From contig JAXSNR010000001.1 in assembly GCA_037925075.1 (NCBI GenBank), positions 480,001 to 544,000 on the forward strand: DNA of 64,000 nt, written 5' to 3'. Positions 12,066 through 22,835 of this stretch are shown here, piece by piece. The position numbers and the translations under genes were made by a program. The notes beneath the pieces were generated by a model. The model had not been told where the DNA came from and made no database searches. It saw only the letters and a list, made by a program, of their open reading frames with translations. Source of the DNA: Aquificaceae bacterium (GTDB lineage Bacteria > Aquificota > Aquificia > Aquificales > Aquificaceae). Position 1 is the stretch's first letter, and each line of letters begins with the position of its first letter.

Positions 12066-13447
12066 AATATGGGAACATCAAAGGCGGGATTGCCCAAAGC
12101 CCTCAACATGCCAAGCTTTATGGCTTTAATTAACTTCTCTTCAAGCTTCCTTTCCTTGAACTTTATAAAGTGATGAAAAAGCACACCGCTTGCCTCAAGA
12201 CCAAGCCCTTTGTCAATAAGGAGCTTATCAGACCAGCTTTTTATGGCTTGAGACTTGAGAAACTTGTTTCTTGGGTTTAAAAACCTCCTCTTCTCCAGAC
12301 CCACAAACTGATAACCACATACGCTACCTTCTTTGAGAAAAACCTTTACCAATTTGCCTTCCCATTCAAAGCTAAAGGAGCTATCCGAATCCTCAAAGGT
12401 GCCACCACTTCCTGCGGTTACGCTTCTTGTCTTTACCGCATTGTAATCCACCAGCCCCGGATTTTTTACCCTTAGACCGGCCATATTAAAGCCCGCTATG
12501 GCTCCCCCCTGCTGTGCTGGTGGGAAAAGGGCTATCCATCTGTGATTGCCCCATGCGTCTATACCAGAGCATATATCACCCGCCGCATAAACATCTGGGT
12601 CTGAGGTTTGCTGATACTCATTTACAAGTATGCCACCTACAACCCTGCCCGTAGCCTCGTTTATATGAAGTTTTATATCCGTATCCGCCACAAGGTTTGT
12701 TCTCGGTCTTACGCCCGTTGAAAGGATAACCATATCCGCCCTTATAAACTTGCTCTTGTCCGTGCCGTTGGGTCTTATCTCCACAGCCTCCACCCATCCA
12801 TCCTCTCCATGTATAGCTACCACCTGATGGTTAAGGTAGAAGTTTATACCCTCCTCCTCAAGAGGCTTCATATACCTGTCCGCCATGAACCTGTCAAGCA
12901 TCCTTGGAAGGACCCTGTCAAAGAACTCCACCACATGAACTTCAAGACCCATATGCCTTAGTGTCTCCGCATCCTCCACCCCTATAGGACCTGCACCCAC
13001 AATCACCACACTCTTGACTCTTCCAGAAAGGACCCATTCCCTTATTCTCTTTGCATCGTAGAGGTTTTTGGCGGTGGTTACACCACCTAGCTCAACCCCG
13101 TGTATGGGAGGCACAAAGGCGTAAGCTCCCGCCGCAAGAAGACACTTATCGTAGGGAATCTCTTCACCACCTTTGACTATGACCACCTTCCTCTTGTTGT
13201 CTACCCCGACCACCTCCTTATTAGGTCTAAAATCTACCCTGTATCTTTCGTAAAACTCAAAGCCCCCCTTGTAAAAGAGGGCTTCTTCTGAGATGTCCCC
13301 TCTTATCACATTTTCCATACAGTTGGGAGCGTATGTGGGAAACTCTTCATCAGAAAGCACTATTATGTGAGAATCTGGGTCCACTTTTCTGAAGGCTTCT
13401 ATGGCACTGGCGGAGGCCGGTCCGTTTCCTACTATGACCACCCTCAT
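12062..13447 (-). CDS. FAD-dependent pyridine nucleotide-disulfide oxidoreductase (NADH oxidase/rubredoxin reductase-like)
   Basis: VIVGNG and VIVGAGPIG Rossmann motifs, TSDPDVYAAGD. Confidence 0.88.
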   Translation of the reverse strand: MRVVIVGNGPASASAIEAFRKVDPDSHIIVLSDEEFPTYAPNCMENVIRGDISEEALFYKGGFEFYERYRVDFRPNKEVVGVDNKRKVVIVKGGEEIPYDKCLLAAGAYAFVPPIHGVELGGVTTAKNLYDAKRIREWVLSGRVKSVVIVGAGPIGVEDAETLRHMGLEVHVVEFFDRVLPRMLDRFMADRYMKPLEEEGINFYLNHQVVAIHGEDGWVEAVEIRPNGTDKSKFIRADMVILSTGVRPRTNLVADTDIKLHINEATGRVVGGILVNEYQQTSDPDVYAAGDICSGIDAWGNHRWIALFPPAQQGGAIAGFNMAGLRVKNPGLVDYNAVKTRSVTAGSGGTFEDSDSSFSFEWEGKLVKVFLKEGSVCGYQFVGLEKRRFLNPRNKFLKSQAIKSWSDKLLIDKGLGLEASGVLFHHFIKFKERKLEEKLIKAIKLGMLRALGNPAFDVPIF

Positions 13448-14904
13448 CCTTCACCGTCCAGTTTTAATATGTATTCTACGCATGTCCTTACACCAAAGCC
13501 CGTCCCCCCCTTTGAGTAGTAAGCAAACTCTTCCCTTAGGTGGGCAGGTCCGGCTATATCAAGGTGCACCCATTTTATACCTTCTCCCACAAACTCCTCC
13601 AAGAACATGGCAGCGGTTATGGCACCACCGTAGCGACCTCCAGAGTTAAGTACATCCCCATCACCCTTTTTTATCTTTTCCCTTAGCCTTTTATCATCCA
13701 TGGGCAACGGCCAAAGCCTTTCTCCTGTCAGCTTTGCCACCTCTTGAATCTCTTTGCCAAAGTTTTCATCGTTGGTAAAGAGTCCTGCGGTGTATTCACC
13801 AAGAGCCACCATACAGGCACCGGTCAAAGTAGCCATATCTATTATTCTTGAAACTCCAAGGTTTGAGGCGTAAGAAAGAGAATCAGCCAAAGTAACTCTC
13901 CCCTCCGCATCCGTGTTGTCTATCTCTATGGTCTTTCCGTTCATGGCTCTTATGATATCGTCAGGTCTGTAGGCGGTTCCACTTGGCATATTCTCCGCAG
14001 CACCAAAGATACCATGCACCTCCACCTGAGGCTTTAGCTGGGCTATGGCTTTCATTATACCTATGACAGCACAGGCACCGGACTTGTCCATTTTCATAGT
14101 CCTCATGTAATCGCCCGTCTTTATGTTGAGCCCACCGCTATCAAAGGTAAGACCCTTACCCACTATGGCTATCTTTTCCTTTGGCTCTCCTTGAGGCTTA
14201 TATACCATATGCACAAACCTCGGAGGCGTAGCTGAGCCTTTGCCCACGCTCCAAAGGGCTTGCATACCCATCTCTTGGATCTCCTTTTCGTCGTACACCC
14301 TGCATTCAAGCCCGTTTTCTTGGGCTATCTTTTGTGCTATCTCCGCAAGGGTTATTGGGTTTATGACATTCCCCGGCTCATTTACAAGGTCTCTAACTAA
14401 GTTCTGTGCTTGTGCAAGTATTTTACCTACTTCTACAGCCTTTGGGTCCGCTCCATACAGATAAGCCTCCTCAAGCCTCTTACTATCTTCTTCCTTTTTG
14501 GTTTTGTACTTTTCAAAGCGGTAGCTTCCAAGGATAAGGCCCTCTGTGATCGCCTTGCTTAGCCTGTAGTCAAGGCTTCCTGCGTATATGTAAAGAGTCC
14601 TAAACTTGTCCTTGCCTGCCCTCTTTGCCACCAAGGCGGAAGCAACTCTATAAGCATCTTCACCCACCTTTTCCTTCTTGCCAAGACCTACCACATAAAA
14701 CACCCTTACCTCACCCTCCACAAGAAGGCTAACCTTTGCAAGGCTTTCCTCCTTGCCCTTAAAGTTCTCCGCGGAGAGGAGCTTTTCTATCGGCTCTCTT
14801 AGACCTCCAAGAAACTCAAGGTTCTCCGTGCTCTCTTCAAAGACAAAAATAGCAATAGGTTCCTTTACTTCCTCCACTTTAAACTCCGCTACATTTACTT
14901 CCAT
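13444..14904 (-). CDS. pepA: Leucyl aminopeptidase (M17)
   Basis: GKGLTFDSGG, NTDAEGR, HLDIAG. Confidence 0.97.
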   Translation of the reverse strand: MEVNVAEFKVEEVKEPIAIFVFEESTENLEFLGGLREPIEKLLSAENFKGKEESLAKVSLLVEGEVRVFYVVGLGKKEKVGEDAYRVASALVAKRAGKDKFRTLYIYAGSLDYRLSKAITEGLILGSYRFEKYKTKKEEDSKRLEEAYLYGADPKAVEVGKILAQAQNLVRDLVNEPGNVINPITLAEIAQKIAQENGLECRVYDEKEIQEMGMQALWSVGKGSATPPRFVHMVYKPQGEPKEKIAIVGKGLTFDSGGLNIKTGDYMRTMKMDKSGACAVIGIMKAIAQLKPQVEVHGIFGAAENMPSGTAYRPDDIIRAMNGKTIEIDNTDAEGRVTLADSLSYASNLGVSRIIDMATLTGACMVALGEYTAGLFTNDENFGKEIQEVAKLTGERLWPLPMDDKRLREKIKKGDGDVLNSGGRYGGAITAAMFLEEFVGEGIKWVHLDIAGPAHLREEFAYYSKGGTGFGVRTCVEYILKLDGEG

Positions 14905-14934
14905 CTTTTACCTCCAAAGATTGGTAGATAAAGG

Positions 14935-15510
14935 CTATTCCTCTTCCTGTGGAGTGCTTTCTCTTTTCATGGCTATTTTGCCAGTTCTTGCCATTTCCTT
15001 TATGCCAAAGGGCCTTACAAGCTCTATAAAGGCGTTGATTTTTTCCTCAGTTCCCGTTATTTCCACCGTGTAGGTCTCAGGTGAAACATCTACCACCCTA
15101 CACCTGAATATCTCCACAAGCCTTAGCACCTCATCCCTTGCCCTTGGTGTGGCCGTATGGACCTTTATAAGGGCAAGCTCCCTTTCCACATGGGGTGTAT
15201 CAGTAAGGTCTTTTACCTTTATGGTGTCTATAAGCTTCCTTAGCTGTTTTACCACTTGGTCTATTACCACATCATCACCTATCACCTCAAGGGTCATGCG
15301 GGATATACCCTTCTCATGGGTTTCACCCACCGACAAGCCCTCTATGTTGTAGCCCTTACCAGCTATAAGGGTTGCTATGCGTGCAAGAACGCCAAGCTCA
15401 TTACGAACGGTAAGGGTTATTATGTGCTTACGCACTACTCCCTTTTTTACCTGCCTGAAAAGGGGAGTTTTTACCGCGTCAAGTTGAGCACTTCCGATGG
15501 TATCCGCCAT
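14935..15510 (-). CDS. ilvN: Acetolactate synthase small subunit
   Basis: ACT domain GVLARIA...GYNIEGLSV, ERELALIKV, EMARTG; follows ilvB. Confidence 0.95.
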   Translation of the reverse strand: MADTIGSAQLDAVKTPLFRQVKKGVVRKHIITLTVRNELGVLARIATLIAGKGYNIEGLSVGETHEKGISRMTLEVIGDDVVIDQVVKQLRKLIDTIKVKDLTDTPHVERELALIKVHTATPRARDEVLRLVEIFRCRVVDVSPETYTVEITGTEEKINAFIELVRPFGIKEMARTGKIAMKRESTPQEEE

Positions 15511-15522
15511 ATTTTGCCTCCT

Positions 15523-17277
15523 TTAGCCTACCAAATACATGGTTTCCGCATCTACACTTCTTTTTCCATCCTCTAATATCATATCTCTGTAAGACTTTCC
15601 TGCAGGGACCATGGGAAGCACGTTCTCTTCCCTGTCCACATGAAAGTCCATAATAACCGGTCTGTCTTGAATCTTGAGGGCTTCCTCTATTATCTCCCTA
15701 ACTTCTGAAGGCTTTTCCGCCCTAAAGCCCACCGCACCACAGGCTTCCGCCAATTTTACAAAGTCAGGTTGAACAGAGAGGTCCACTTCAGAGTACCTCC
15801 TTTCGTAGAAAAGCTCTTGCCACTGACGCACCATACCAAGGTATCCGTTGTTTATTATGGCAACCTTTACAGGCACTTTGTATTGCACTGCGGTAATAAG
15901 CTCCTGCATGGTCATCATAAAAGAGCCATCACCGTCTATCACAAAGACCTCCTTTTCCGGTCTTCCAAGCTTTGCACCTATTCCCGCCGGAAATCCAAAA
16001 CCCATGGTTCCAAGTCCACCCGAATTTATAAACTGCCTTGGGAAAGAGTATTTGTAAAACATGGCGGACCACATCTGATGCTGTCCAACGCCTGTGGCTA
16101 TTATAGCCTCTCCTTTTGTTGCTTCGTATATCTGCTCTATTACATACTGAGGCTTTATAACCTTGTCCGATTTTCTGTAGGTAAGAGGGTGCTTCTTCTT
16201 CCAAGCTTCAATCTGTTCAAGCCACCTTTGCCTTTCTTCAGAGAAAAGAATCTTGGCTCCTTCCCTTTTTAACTCCTCAAGTATCTTTCTAAGCACTATC
16301 TTCACATCACCCACTATAGGCACATCCACCACTATGTTCTTGGATATGGAGGCTGGGTCTATGTCTATGTGGATTATACTAGCCTGAGGTGCAAACTCTT
16401 CCACCTTTCCGGTAACTCTGTCATCAAAACGCGCACCTACCGCTATAAGAAGGTCGCAGTTGTACACCGCCATGTTAGCATAGTAAGTTCCGTGCATTCC
16501 AAGCATACGCAAAGATAAGGGATGAAGCTCTGGGAAGGCACCTTTACCCATGTTGGTGGTTGTCACAGGCACCTTCATAAGCTCCGCAAGTTCCACAAGC
16601 TCCCTTTGAGCTTCTGCCTGAACCGCACCACCACCCACATAGAGGACTGGTCTTTTTGCTTCCATTATGAGCCTTACTGCTCTCCTTATCTGCTGTATGT
16701 TGCCTTCAAGGTGAGGCTTGTAGCCAGGCAATGACTCCTTAACTTCTTCAAGAGAAGGAATTTTTACATCGCTTAGCTTCTGTGTTATGTCCTTGGGAAT
16801 ATCCACAAGCACAGGACCCGGTCTTCCAGTCCTTGCTATGTAAAAGGCTTGACGAAGAATAAGTGGCAAATCATCTATACTCTTGACTAAAAAGTTGTGC
16901 TTGGTTATGGGCCTTGTTATGCCCACTATGTCCACTTCTTGAAAGGCATCGTTGCCGATAAGATGGGTAGGAACTTGACCGGTTATAAAGACAACAGGCA
17001 CAGAGTCCATGTAAGCGTCCGCTACGGCGGTTACCAAGTTGGTGGCTCCCGGACCGGAGGTGGACATGGCTACACCCACCTTACCCGTAGCCTTTGCATA
17101 ACCCTCTGCCATATGACCCGCACCCTGCTCATGCCTTGCCAGTATATGCCTTATTCCACCATCTCTGTAGAGGGCATCGTAAACCTCCATTATGGCACCG
17201 CCCGGATGACCAAATATGATTTCCACCCCTTCTTCCTTCAAAGCTTCTATGACAATATCCGCACCCTTTCTTGCCAT
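15523..17277 (-). CDS. ilvB: Acetolactate synthase large subunit
   Basis: [18 protein letters not shown]...NN ThDP motif, GMVRQWQ; SD GGAGG. Confidence 0.97.
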   Translation of the reverse strand: MARKGADIVIEALKEEGVEIIFGHPGGAIMEVYDALYRDGGIRHILARHEQGAGHMAEGYAKATGKVGVAMSTSGPGATNLVTAVADAYMDSVPVVFITGQVPTHLIGNDAFQEVDIVGITRPITKHNFLVKSIDDLPLILRQAFYIARTGRPGPVLVDIPKDITQKLSDVKIPSLEEVKESLPGYKPHLEGNIQQIRRAVRLIMEAKRPVLYVGGGAVQAEAQRELVELAELMKVPVTTTNMGKGAFPELHPLSLRMLGMHGTYYANMAVYNCDLLIAVGARFDDRVTGKVEEFAPQASIIHIDIDPASISKNIVVDVPIVGDVKIVLRKILEELKREGAKILFSEERQRWLEQIEAWKKKHPLTYRKSDKVIKPQYVIEQIYEATKGEAIIATGVGQHQMWSAMFYKYSFPRQFINSGGLGTMGFGFPAGIGAKLGRPEKEVFVIDGDGSFMMTMQELITAVQYKVPVKVAIINNGYLGMVRQWQELFYERRYSEVDLSVQPDFVKLAEACGAVGFRAEKPSEVREIIEEALKIQDRPVIMDFHVDREENVLPMVPAGKSYRDMILEDGKRSVDAETMYLVG

Positions 17278-17682
17278 TTTTTACCTCCACTACAAAGTAA
17301 AGTATAAAATATATGCAAATGTTTAAGTTTTGTTAAGCCCAAGCGTCCAACAGGGTGGCTTTAGCTTGTTTTTAAGCTTGCATCCTTCAAAACGTGCTGA
17401 GGAAATTCCCAAAAAGGTGCTAAGGACTTTTAATTGCATAGGGAAGTCAATGGTTTTCTGAATGGGCGTATTGTCAAGGTGGTTTTTGAAATTCTCGGTG
17501 ATGGCTGTGATGGTGGCACATATCCCTTACTCGCTTACTTACATCGTGAGCAATTTCTTATCGTACAAAGGTATAGCTATGGTATCTGGACTGAGATAGA
17601 GACCGGTAAGAAGCTTAAGTTTATCTTGGGTGAATTTTGTGTGTTCTAGTGCTGACCTGTCTTGACTTCTATTTTAGGCTTT

Positions 17683-18327
17683 TTAAAGTCCCATTCTCGG
17701 AGTATTGGATGGAGTATCATCTAAGTCCATAAGATTGCGTTCTTGCATTATATATTCCTTCACCTCTAAGTATTTTAAGTATATTTCGTATGGGTACTCT
17801 GTGAATAAATTTAATCTAATTAGGGCAAGTTTTTTATATTTTTTTTTGAGTTTGCTTATTATTTCCTTCATCTCTTTCTCGTATTCTTCTCTTTCCGAGC
17901 CTTCAAAGATTATAAGCTCAAGGATTATTATGTCAGGGTAGTCTTCTGGCGTTTCTTTTAAAAATGCTTCTGCATTGTCTGTAATGACAAGAAGGTTCGC
18001 CTCGTATGGGTTTTTCGTTTTGTAGATAATCTTAGGTCTTGACTTAGTTGGCTTGGGTTTTGGTGGTTCCGGTTCCTCTTCTTGTTTCTCTTGATCTGAT
18101 TTAGTTTCTCGTGGTCCTCCCTCAGATACTGTTGGTGGTTTAGGCTTTTGTTGTATTTGGTTAGGTTCTGGTGTTGATGTTTCCTTTTTGGTTTCCGCTG
18201 ATGGCTTAGGTTCGCCTTCTAACTGCTTTTGTGCTGGTATATACTCTGATGTAATTTCTGATGTAGGTTTTGGCTTTTGTTCTTGCTTAAGTCTAAACAA
18301 CAAACCATCCAGAATTTTAAAAAGCAT
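17683..18327 (-). CDS. Orphan protein: Pro/Glu/Lys-rich low-complexity N-half and a globular-looking C-half
   Basis: 214-aa ORF, atypical codon usage, no recognisable motif. Confidence 0.5.
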   Translation of the reverse strand: MLFKILDGLLFRLKQEQKPKPTSEITSEYIPAQKQLEGEPKPSAETKKETSTPEPNQIQQKPKPPTVSEGGPRETKSDQEKQEEEPEPPKPKPTKSRPKIIYKTKNPYEANLLVITDNAEAFLKETPEDYPDIIILELIIFEGSEREEYEKEMKEIISKLKKKYKKLALIRLNLFTEYPYEIYLKYLEVKEYIMQERNLMDLDDTPSNTPRMGL

Positions 18328-18606
18328 ACCACAGGGAAAAGTAGATATAGTGTTTATAAATGGCTTAATCTTATCTTTTTTCTTAGTATAGCTTCACATA
18401 GCATGACGGAAAAATATACGCCTCCTTGCTATACTTGGCGGGATTTTTTTAACTAAAAACAGTGGCTTGAATAAAGCAAACCCTAAATAAGCTTATAAGA
18501 ATTAACTTAAATAAGCATAATTAATAGTTAGTCAAACATCTTCTTATTGACAAGCTTGCTTTTTAGGGGCTATGATTTTACCTAAATCTTTTAAGGGAGG
18601 TAAAAA

Positions 18607-19926
18607 ATGGTTACAAGGCGTGACCTTTTAAAGTCCGCAGGAGTAGGGGCTATAGCTCTTGGAGTTTCATCACAGCCCGTATTTGCGGCAGCGGAGAAGG
18701 TGGTCAAAATGGAAGCCATGCTTCCACCACCAAAAGGCAATAGGGTGGTCATATGCGGTGGTGGATGGGCAGGTCTTACAGTCGCAAAGTACCTTAAAAA
18801 GGAAAACCCCAATATAGAAGTGGTGCTAATTGAAAAGCGTCCAAACTTCTTCTCCTGCCCCATATCCAACGAGTGGCTTGCAGGTCTCGTGGACCTGGAC
18901 TTTATATCTCACGACTACAACCAACCCGCCACAAAATACGGATATAGGTTTATTAACTACCCTGTAATAGCCATAGAAAGGGATAAGAAGCGCGTTTACA
19001 CACCCCATGGCTTTATTGAATATAACTACCTTGTGTTAGCACCAGGTATTAGATATAACTACTCCGCATGGTTTAAGGATGATAAGGAAACCGCAAGATA
19101 TACAAAGCTACACTACCCTGCAGCCTTTATACCCGGGTCTGAGCATCTTGCCTTAAAGAGAAAGATACACAACTTTGAAGAGGGAGATTTTATAATCACG
19201 GTTCCACCCGGTGCCTACAGATGCCCGCCCGCACCCTATGAAAGGGCTGCCATGATAGCGCATGTTTTCAAAAAGAACAACGTAAAAGGAAGAGTTATAA
19301 TCCTTGACCCTAAGGAAGATATTGTTCCAAAAGGACCTGGCTTTAGGGCTGCCTACGAACAGTTGTATCTTGGAATAGTTGAGTACGTGCCAAAGGCCTC
19401 AATAAAAGAGGTTGACCCACACAAGAAGGTTATAAAGACCACCGCGGGAGACTTTAAGTTTGCGGACGCAAACCTTGTTCCACCCCATCAGGCGGGAGAG
19501 CTTGTATGGATGGCAGACCTGATAGCAAAGGACAAGGAGGGCAAGCCCACAGGCTGGGCGGACCAAGACCATCTCACCTTCCAAGCAAAGGCGGATCCAC
19601 ACGTATTCTTAGTTGGTGATGTTATCGGTGGTGTGCCTTATCCAAAGAGCGGGCATATGGGCAATTCTCAAGGTAAGATAGTGGCAAAGATAATAGCCTC
19701 CAAAATAGCTGGAAAAGAATACAAGCCCACACTTCCAGATAACACCTGCTACTCTATGGTAAACGGTTCACCACAGGAGGCGATAGTGATAAACGTTACC
19801 TACGAATACAACGAAAAGGAAAAGAAGATAGTACCAAAACCAAAGGTTGTAAATCAAAGGTCAGAAGCCCTTGCAAAGGCAACCTATGAATGGGCAAAGG
19901 CTATGTACAAAGATATGTTTGCTTGA
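18607..19926 (+). CDS. Flavocytochrome c sulfide dehydrogenase flavoprotein (FccB/SoxF/DhsU family), Tat-exported
   Basis: TRRDLLK Tat signal, GGGWAG, FSCPISN, YRCPPAPYER, PKSG, NTCYS; SD GGGAGG. Confidence 0.92.
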   Translation: MVTRRDLLKSAGVGAIALGVSSQPVFAAAEKVVKMEAMLPPPKGNRVVICGGGWAGLTVAKYLKKENPNIEVVLIEKRPNFFSCPISNEWLAGLVDLDFISHDYNQPATKYGYRFINYPVIAIERDKKRVYTPHGFIEYNYLVLAPGIRYNYSAWFKDDKETARYTKLHYPAAFIPGSEHLALKRKIHNFEEGDFIITVPPGAYRCPPAPYERAAMIAHVFKKNNVKGRVIILDPKEDIVPKGPGFRAAYEQLYLGIVEYVPKASIKEVDPHKKVIKTTAGDFKFADANLVPPHQAGELVWMADLIAKDKEGKPTGWADQDHLTFQAKADPHVFLVGDVIGGVPYPKSGHMGNSQGKIVAKIIASKIAGKEYKPTLPDNTCYSMVNGSPQEAIVINVTYEYNEKEKKIVPKPKVVNQRSEALAKATYEWAKAMYKDMFA

Positions 19927-19932
19927 TCTCTT

Positions 19933-19947
19933 GGGGGCTTCGCCCCC
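19933..19947 (+). terminator. GC hairpin after the first fccB-like gene; terminator or 3' stabiliser, no U-tract
   Basis: GGGGGC-TTC-GCCCCC, 7 nt after the stop. Confidence 0.5.
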
Positions 19948-20101
19948 GTTGCATCACATGTTGCAACAAGAAAACACCTTTTTAAAACTAATGCCTTTTA
20001 TTTTTCTTATCCTTATTCGCATTTCTTCCTCTTATTCAAGTGGCATTGAATTTGCACTATAGTTATGTTGAGCCTTAAAATAATCTTGTGAGGTGCAAAA
20101 A

Positions 20102-20821
20102 ATGGATAGAAGAGGTTTTATAAAGGTTTGTAGCACCGTTGCCATAGGGTCCATGTTGGATGCGAGGTTTTTCTCCGAGGTGCTTGCAAACCAACAGGAC
20201 GGCATGTTTCGTGCGTACAAGAAGGCTTTACTTGTTAAACCCGATGGAACACCTCTTGGCGAAGGAGATATAAAACCCCATACCAACTATATATTCTTTT
20301 ATCCCTACCTTTCCACACCTTGCTATCTATTAAACCTTGCGGAAGAGATACCTCCAAGAGAGATAAAACTCAAGGATGGTAAAAGCTACAAATGGATGGG
20401 TGGCATGGGTTCAAAAAAGAGTATAGTCGCTTACTCTGCCATATGTGCCCACCAGTGGAGCTATCCCACTCCCCAGTACTCCTTTATAAACTACTATCCA
20501 CCAGATAGCCCCTCAGAGACCACCAAAAAGGCAGGAGTAATTCAGTGCTGTGCCCATCTTGCGGTTTATGACCCCAAACATGGTGCAAGCGTTATAGATG
20601 GACCTGCGGAGTTTCCCCTTGCTTCTATAGTACTTGTGGAGGAGGATGGAAAGTTTTATGCGGTGGGTGTTCTTGGGAAGGACCAGTTTGATCAGTTTTT
20701 TGACAACTACAGAGCCGAGCTTAGACAACAGTATGGCTCCACCGCAAAGGCTAAGGAACCTGTAGAAAAATGTGTAGTTATGGAGGTGGATAAATATGTT
20801 CAAGCAGTGGTCAAGTGTTAA
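20102..20821 (+). CDS. Tat-exported Rieske [2Fe-2S] protein
   Basis: DRRGFIK Tat motif, SAICAH and QCCAH Rieske boxes, GPA; SD GAGGTG before ATG 20102. Confidence 0.9.
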   Translation: MDRRGFIKVCSTVAIGSMLDARFFSEVLANQQDGMFRAYKKALLVKPDGTPLGEGDIKPHTNYIFFYPYLSTPCYLLNLAEEIPPREIKLKDGKSYKWMGGMGSKKSIVAYSAICAHQWSYPTPQYSFINYYPPDSPSETTKKAGVIQCCAHLAVYDPKHGASVIDGPAEFPLASIVLVEEDGKFYAVGVLGKDQFDQFFDNYRAELRQQYGSTAKAKEPVEKCVVMEVDKYVQAVVKC

Positions 20822-22052
20822 CAGAAGGGAGTTTCTTGGTGGAGCTGTAGCCCTTGGTTTGAGTGCACCGCTTATGGCCTATGCAAAAACCCCAAAGAGA
20901 CAAAAGGCTCAGGTGGTCATAGTAGGTGGTGGTTATGGGGGTGTAACCACAGCAAAATACCTAAAGAAGGAAAACCCAAACCTTGAGGTGGTATTGATAG
21001 AAGAAAGGCCCTTTTTCATGTCCTGTCCCATGTCAAACCACCTTCTCGCTGGTCTTATGGAGCTTACGCCTTTGTGCTTTTCTTACAATGTGTTAGAAGT
21101 AAAGTATGGAGTTAAAGTTCTAAACGACAAGGTCCTTGGTGTGGAGCTTGACAGAAGGGTAGTAAGAACATCTTCAGGCTACATAGCTTACGACTATCTT
21201 GTGCTTTCACCAGGCATTGACTACGACATAGAAGATTCACCCTTTTACAGGGAATCCCTTGTTTACAACCCGCCAGCCTTCAAACCGGGCTCTGAGCATA
21301 TTTACCTCAAAAGGCTTATAGAGGACTTTGAGGGAGGCGATATAGTGATAACCGTCCCGCCACCACCCTACAGATGCCCACCAGCACCCTACGAGCGTGC
21401 AGCTCTCATAGCCAGCATGATAAAAAGAAACAAGCTAAAAGCCCACATGTATTTTATTGATGCCAACGAAAGACCCATAATAAACTCCGAGGGCTTTCTC
21501 TCCGCTTACTACGACCTTTATAAGGACATAGCCACCTACATAACCTCCGCACAGGTAAGAGACATAGACGTTCATAAAAGAGTTGTGAAAACCTCCCATG
21601 GAGACTTTAGGTACGACCTTGCAAACGTGATACCACCCATGAGGGCAAGCAAACTTCTTGAGGAAGCTGGGCTTTTAAAGAGGGGACAAAAGTGGGTGGA
21701 GGTCAATCCCTTGACCTTTGAGTCTTCTGTAAAGAATGTCTTTGTTATAGGTGATGCATGCCAAAGCTACCTGCCAAAGAGCGGATATGCGGCACATTCT
21801 GAGGGTAAAATGGTGGCAAAGATTATAAACGCAAGGATTCAGGGCAAAGAGGTAAAAGAAGAGTACTTGCAAATGATATGCTACGCCATGGTAAGCGACA
21901 AGGAAGCCATCATGACAGAAACCGCCTTCAGATACGATACGGCTTCAAAGAGGTTTGTGCCAACGCATAGGGAGGATAACCAAAGGAAAGAAAGCACTGC
22001 CAAAAGGTATGAAGAATGGGCAAGAGGTCTATGGAGAGACCTCTTTGGTTAA
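20796..22052 (+). CDS. fccB: Second FccB/SoxF-family sulfide dehydrogenase flavoprotein, Tat-exported
   Basis: NRREFL, GGGYGG, MSCPMSN, YRCPPAPYER, PKSG, ICYA. Confidence 0.9.
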   Translation: MFKQWSSVNRREFLGGAVALGLSAPLMAYAKTPKRQKAQVVIVGGGYGGVTTAKYLKKENPNLEVVLIEERPFFMSCPMSNHLLAGLMELTPLCFSYNVLEVKYGVKVLNDKVLGVELDRRVVRTSSGYIAYDYLVLSPGIDYDIEDSPFYRESLVYNPPAFKPGSEHIYLKRLIEDFEGGDIVITVPPPPYRCPPAPYERAALIASMIKRNKLKAHMYFIDANERPIINSEGFLSAYYDLYKDIATYITSAQVRDIDVHKRVVKTSHGDFRYDLANVIPPMRASKLLEEAGLLKRGQKWVEVNPLTFESSVKNVFVIGDACQSYLPKSGYAAHSEGKMVAKIINARIQGKEVKEEYLQMICYAMVSDKEAIMTETAFRYDTASKRFVPTHREDNQRKESTAKRYEEWARGLWRDLFG

Positions 22053-22252
22053 AACTCTTTTAGCATACCCTTGACCTTGTCTTCCCAGCTTGGGTGGACA
22101 AGGGTCGCCTTTCTTAACCTTCTTTTCCTGTCCTTTGCCTTGTGGGTGTTGTAGTGAGAGCCACCTGCTTTTTGCCTCTTGATCTTTCCAGTGGCAGTTA
22201 TCTTAAACCTCTTCTTTGCGGACCTGTTTGTTTTCATCTTCACCTTTGCCAT
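22049..22252 (-). CDS. rpmI: 50S ribosomal protein L35
   Basis: KMKTNRSAKKRFKITATGKIKR; SD GGAGG. Confidence 0.97.
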   Translation of the reverse strand: MAKVKMKTNRSAKKRFKITATGKIKRQKAGGSHYNTHKAKDRKRRLRKATLVHPSWEDKVKGMLKEF

Positions 22253-22285
22253 ACTTAGACCTCCGACCAAAGCATTATAACACAA

Positions 22286-22804
22286 TCAGCATCCAAGAAG
22301 CTCCTTTAGGTCCTTTTCCAACTCCCTATATACACCAAGCCTTATGCGATAGACCTTGCCTTCCTTGTCCAAAAGGTATGAGGTAGGAAAGCCCATAAGC
22401 TTTAGTTCTTTTTCAAGTTCTCCCGACGGCCTCGCTATGGTAAAGGAATAACTGTTTTCTTTCAGAAACTTTGCTAAGGCTCCCTCTGAGCTGTCCATGT
22501 TTACCGCCAGCACCTCAAAGCCCTTATCTTTGCACCTTCTGTATTCCTTCTCAAATATGGGCATCTCCTCCTTGCAAGGTGGGCACCATGTGGCCCAGAA
22601 GTTGAGAAGGACCACTTTACCTTTCAATTCAGAAAGCTTTAGCTCCCTTCCGTCAATGGTCTTAAAAGTAAAGTCTGGCAAAGTCTGCTCCACTGGTGGC
22701 TTGTAAGAGTTTTGAGACACATCTTCCTCTTTTTGCTTAAGACCGAAGAAAAGAAGCATAGACAAAAGCACACCCGCAAGTAGGTAAGGGACATATCTCA
22801 TCAT
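22286..22804 (-). CDS. TlpA/ResA-family thiol:disulfide oxidoreductase
   Basis: N-terminal TM, LNFWATWCPPCKEEMP, cis-Pro GFP. Confidence 0.93.
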   Translation of the reverse strand: MMRYVPYLLAGVLLSMLLFFGLKQKEEDVSQNSYKPPVEQTLPDFTFKTIDGRELKLSELKGKVVLLNFWATWCPPCKEEMPIFEKEYRRCKDKGFEVLAVNMDSSEGALAKFLKENSYSFTIARPSGELEKELKLMGFPTSYLLDKEGKVYRIRLGVYRELEKDLKELLGC

Positions 22805-22835
22805 AGCTATTAATTTACCGTAAGGCTTTGGCTTT

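Noticed and set aside
17310..17340. TTAACA-N5-TAAACA repeat upstream of ilvB as another OmpR-type box
   Set aside because: Different hexamer, and the spacing to TATACT is 13 nt rather than 10; too weak
17434..17649. 71-aa plus-strand ORF in the foreign-looking gap
   Set aside because: TTG start, no SD or motif; it mirrors the interrupted minus-strand frame, so the coding strand cannot be decided
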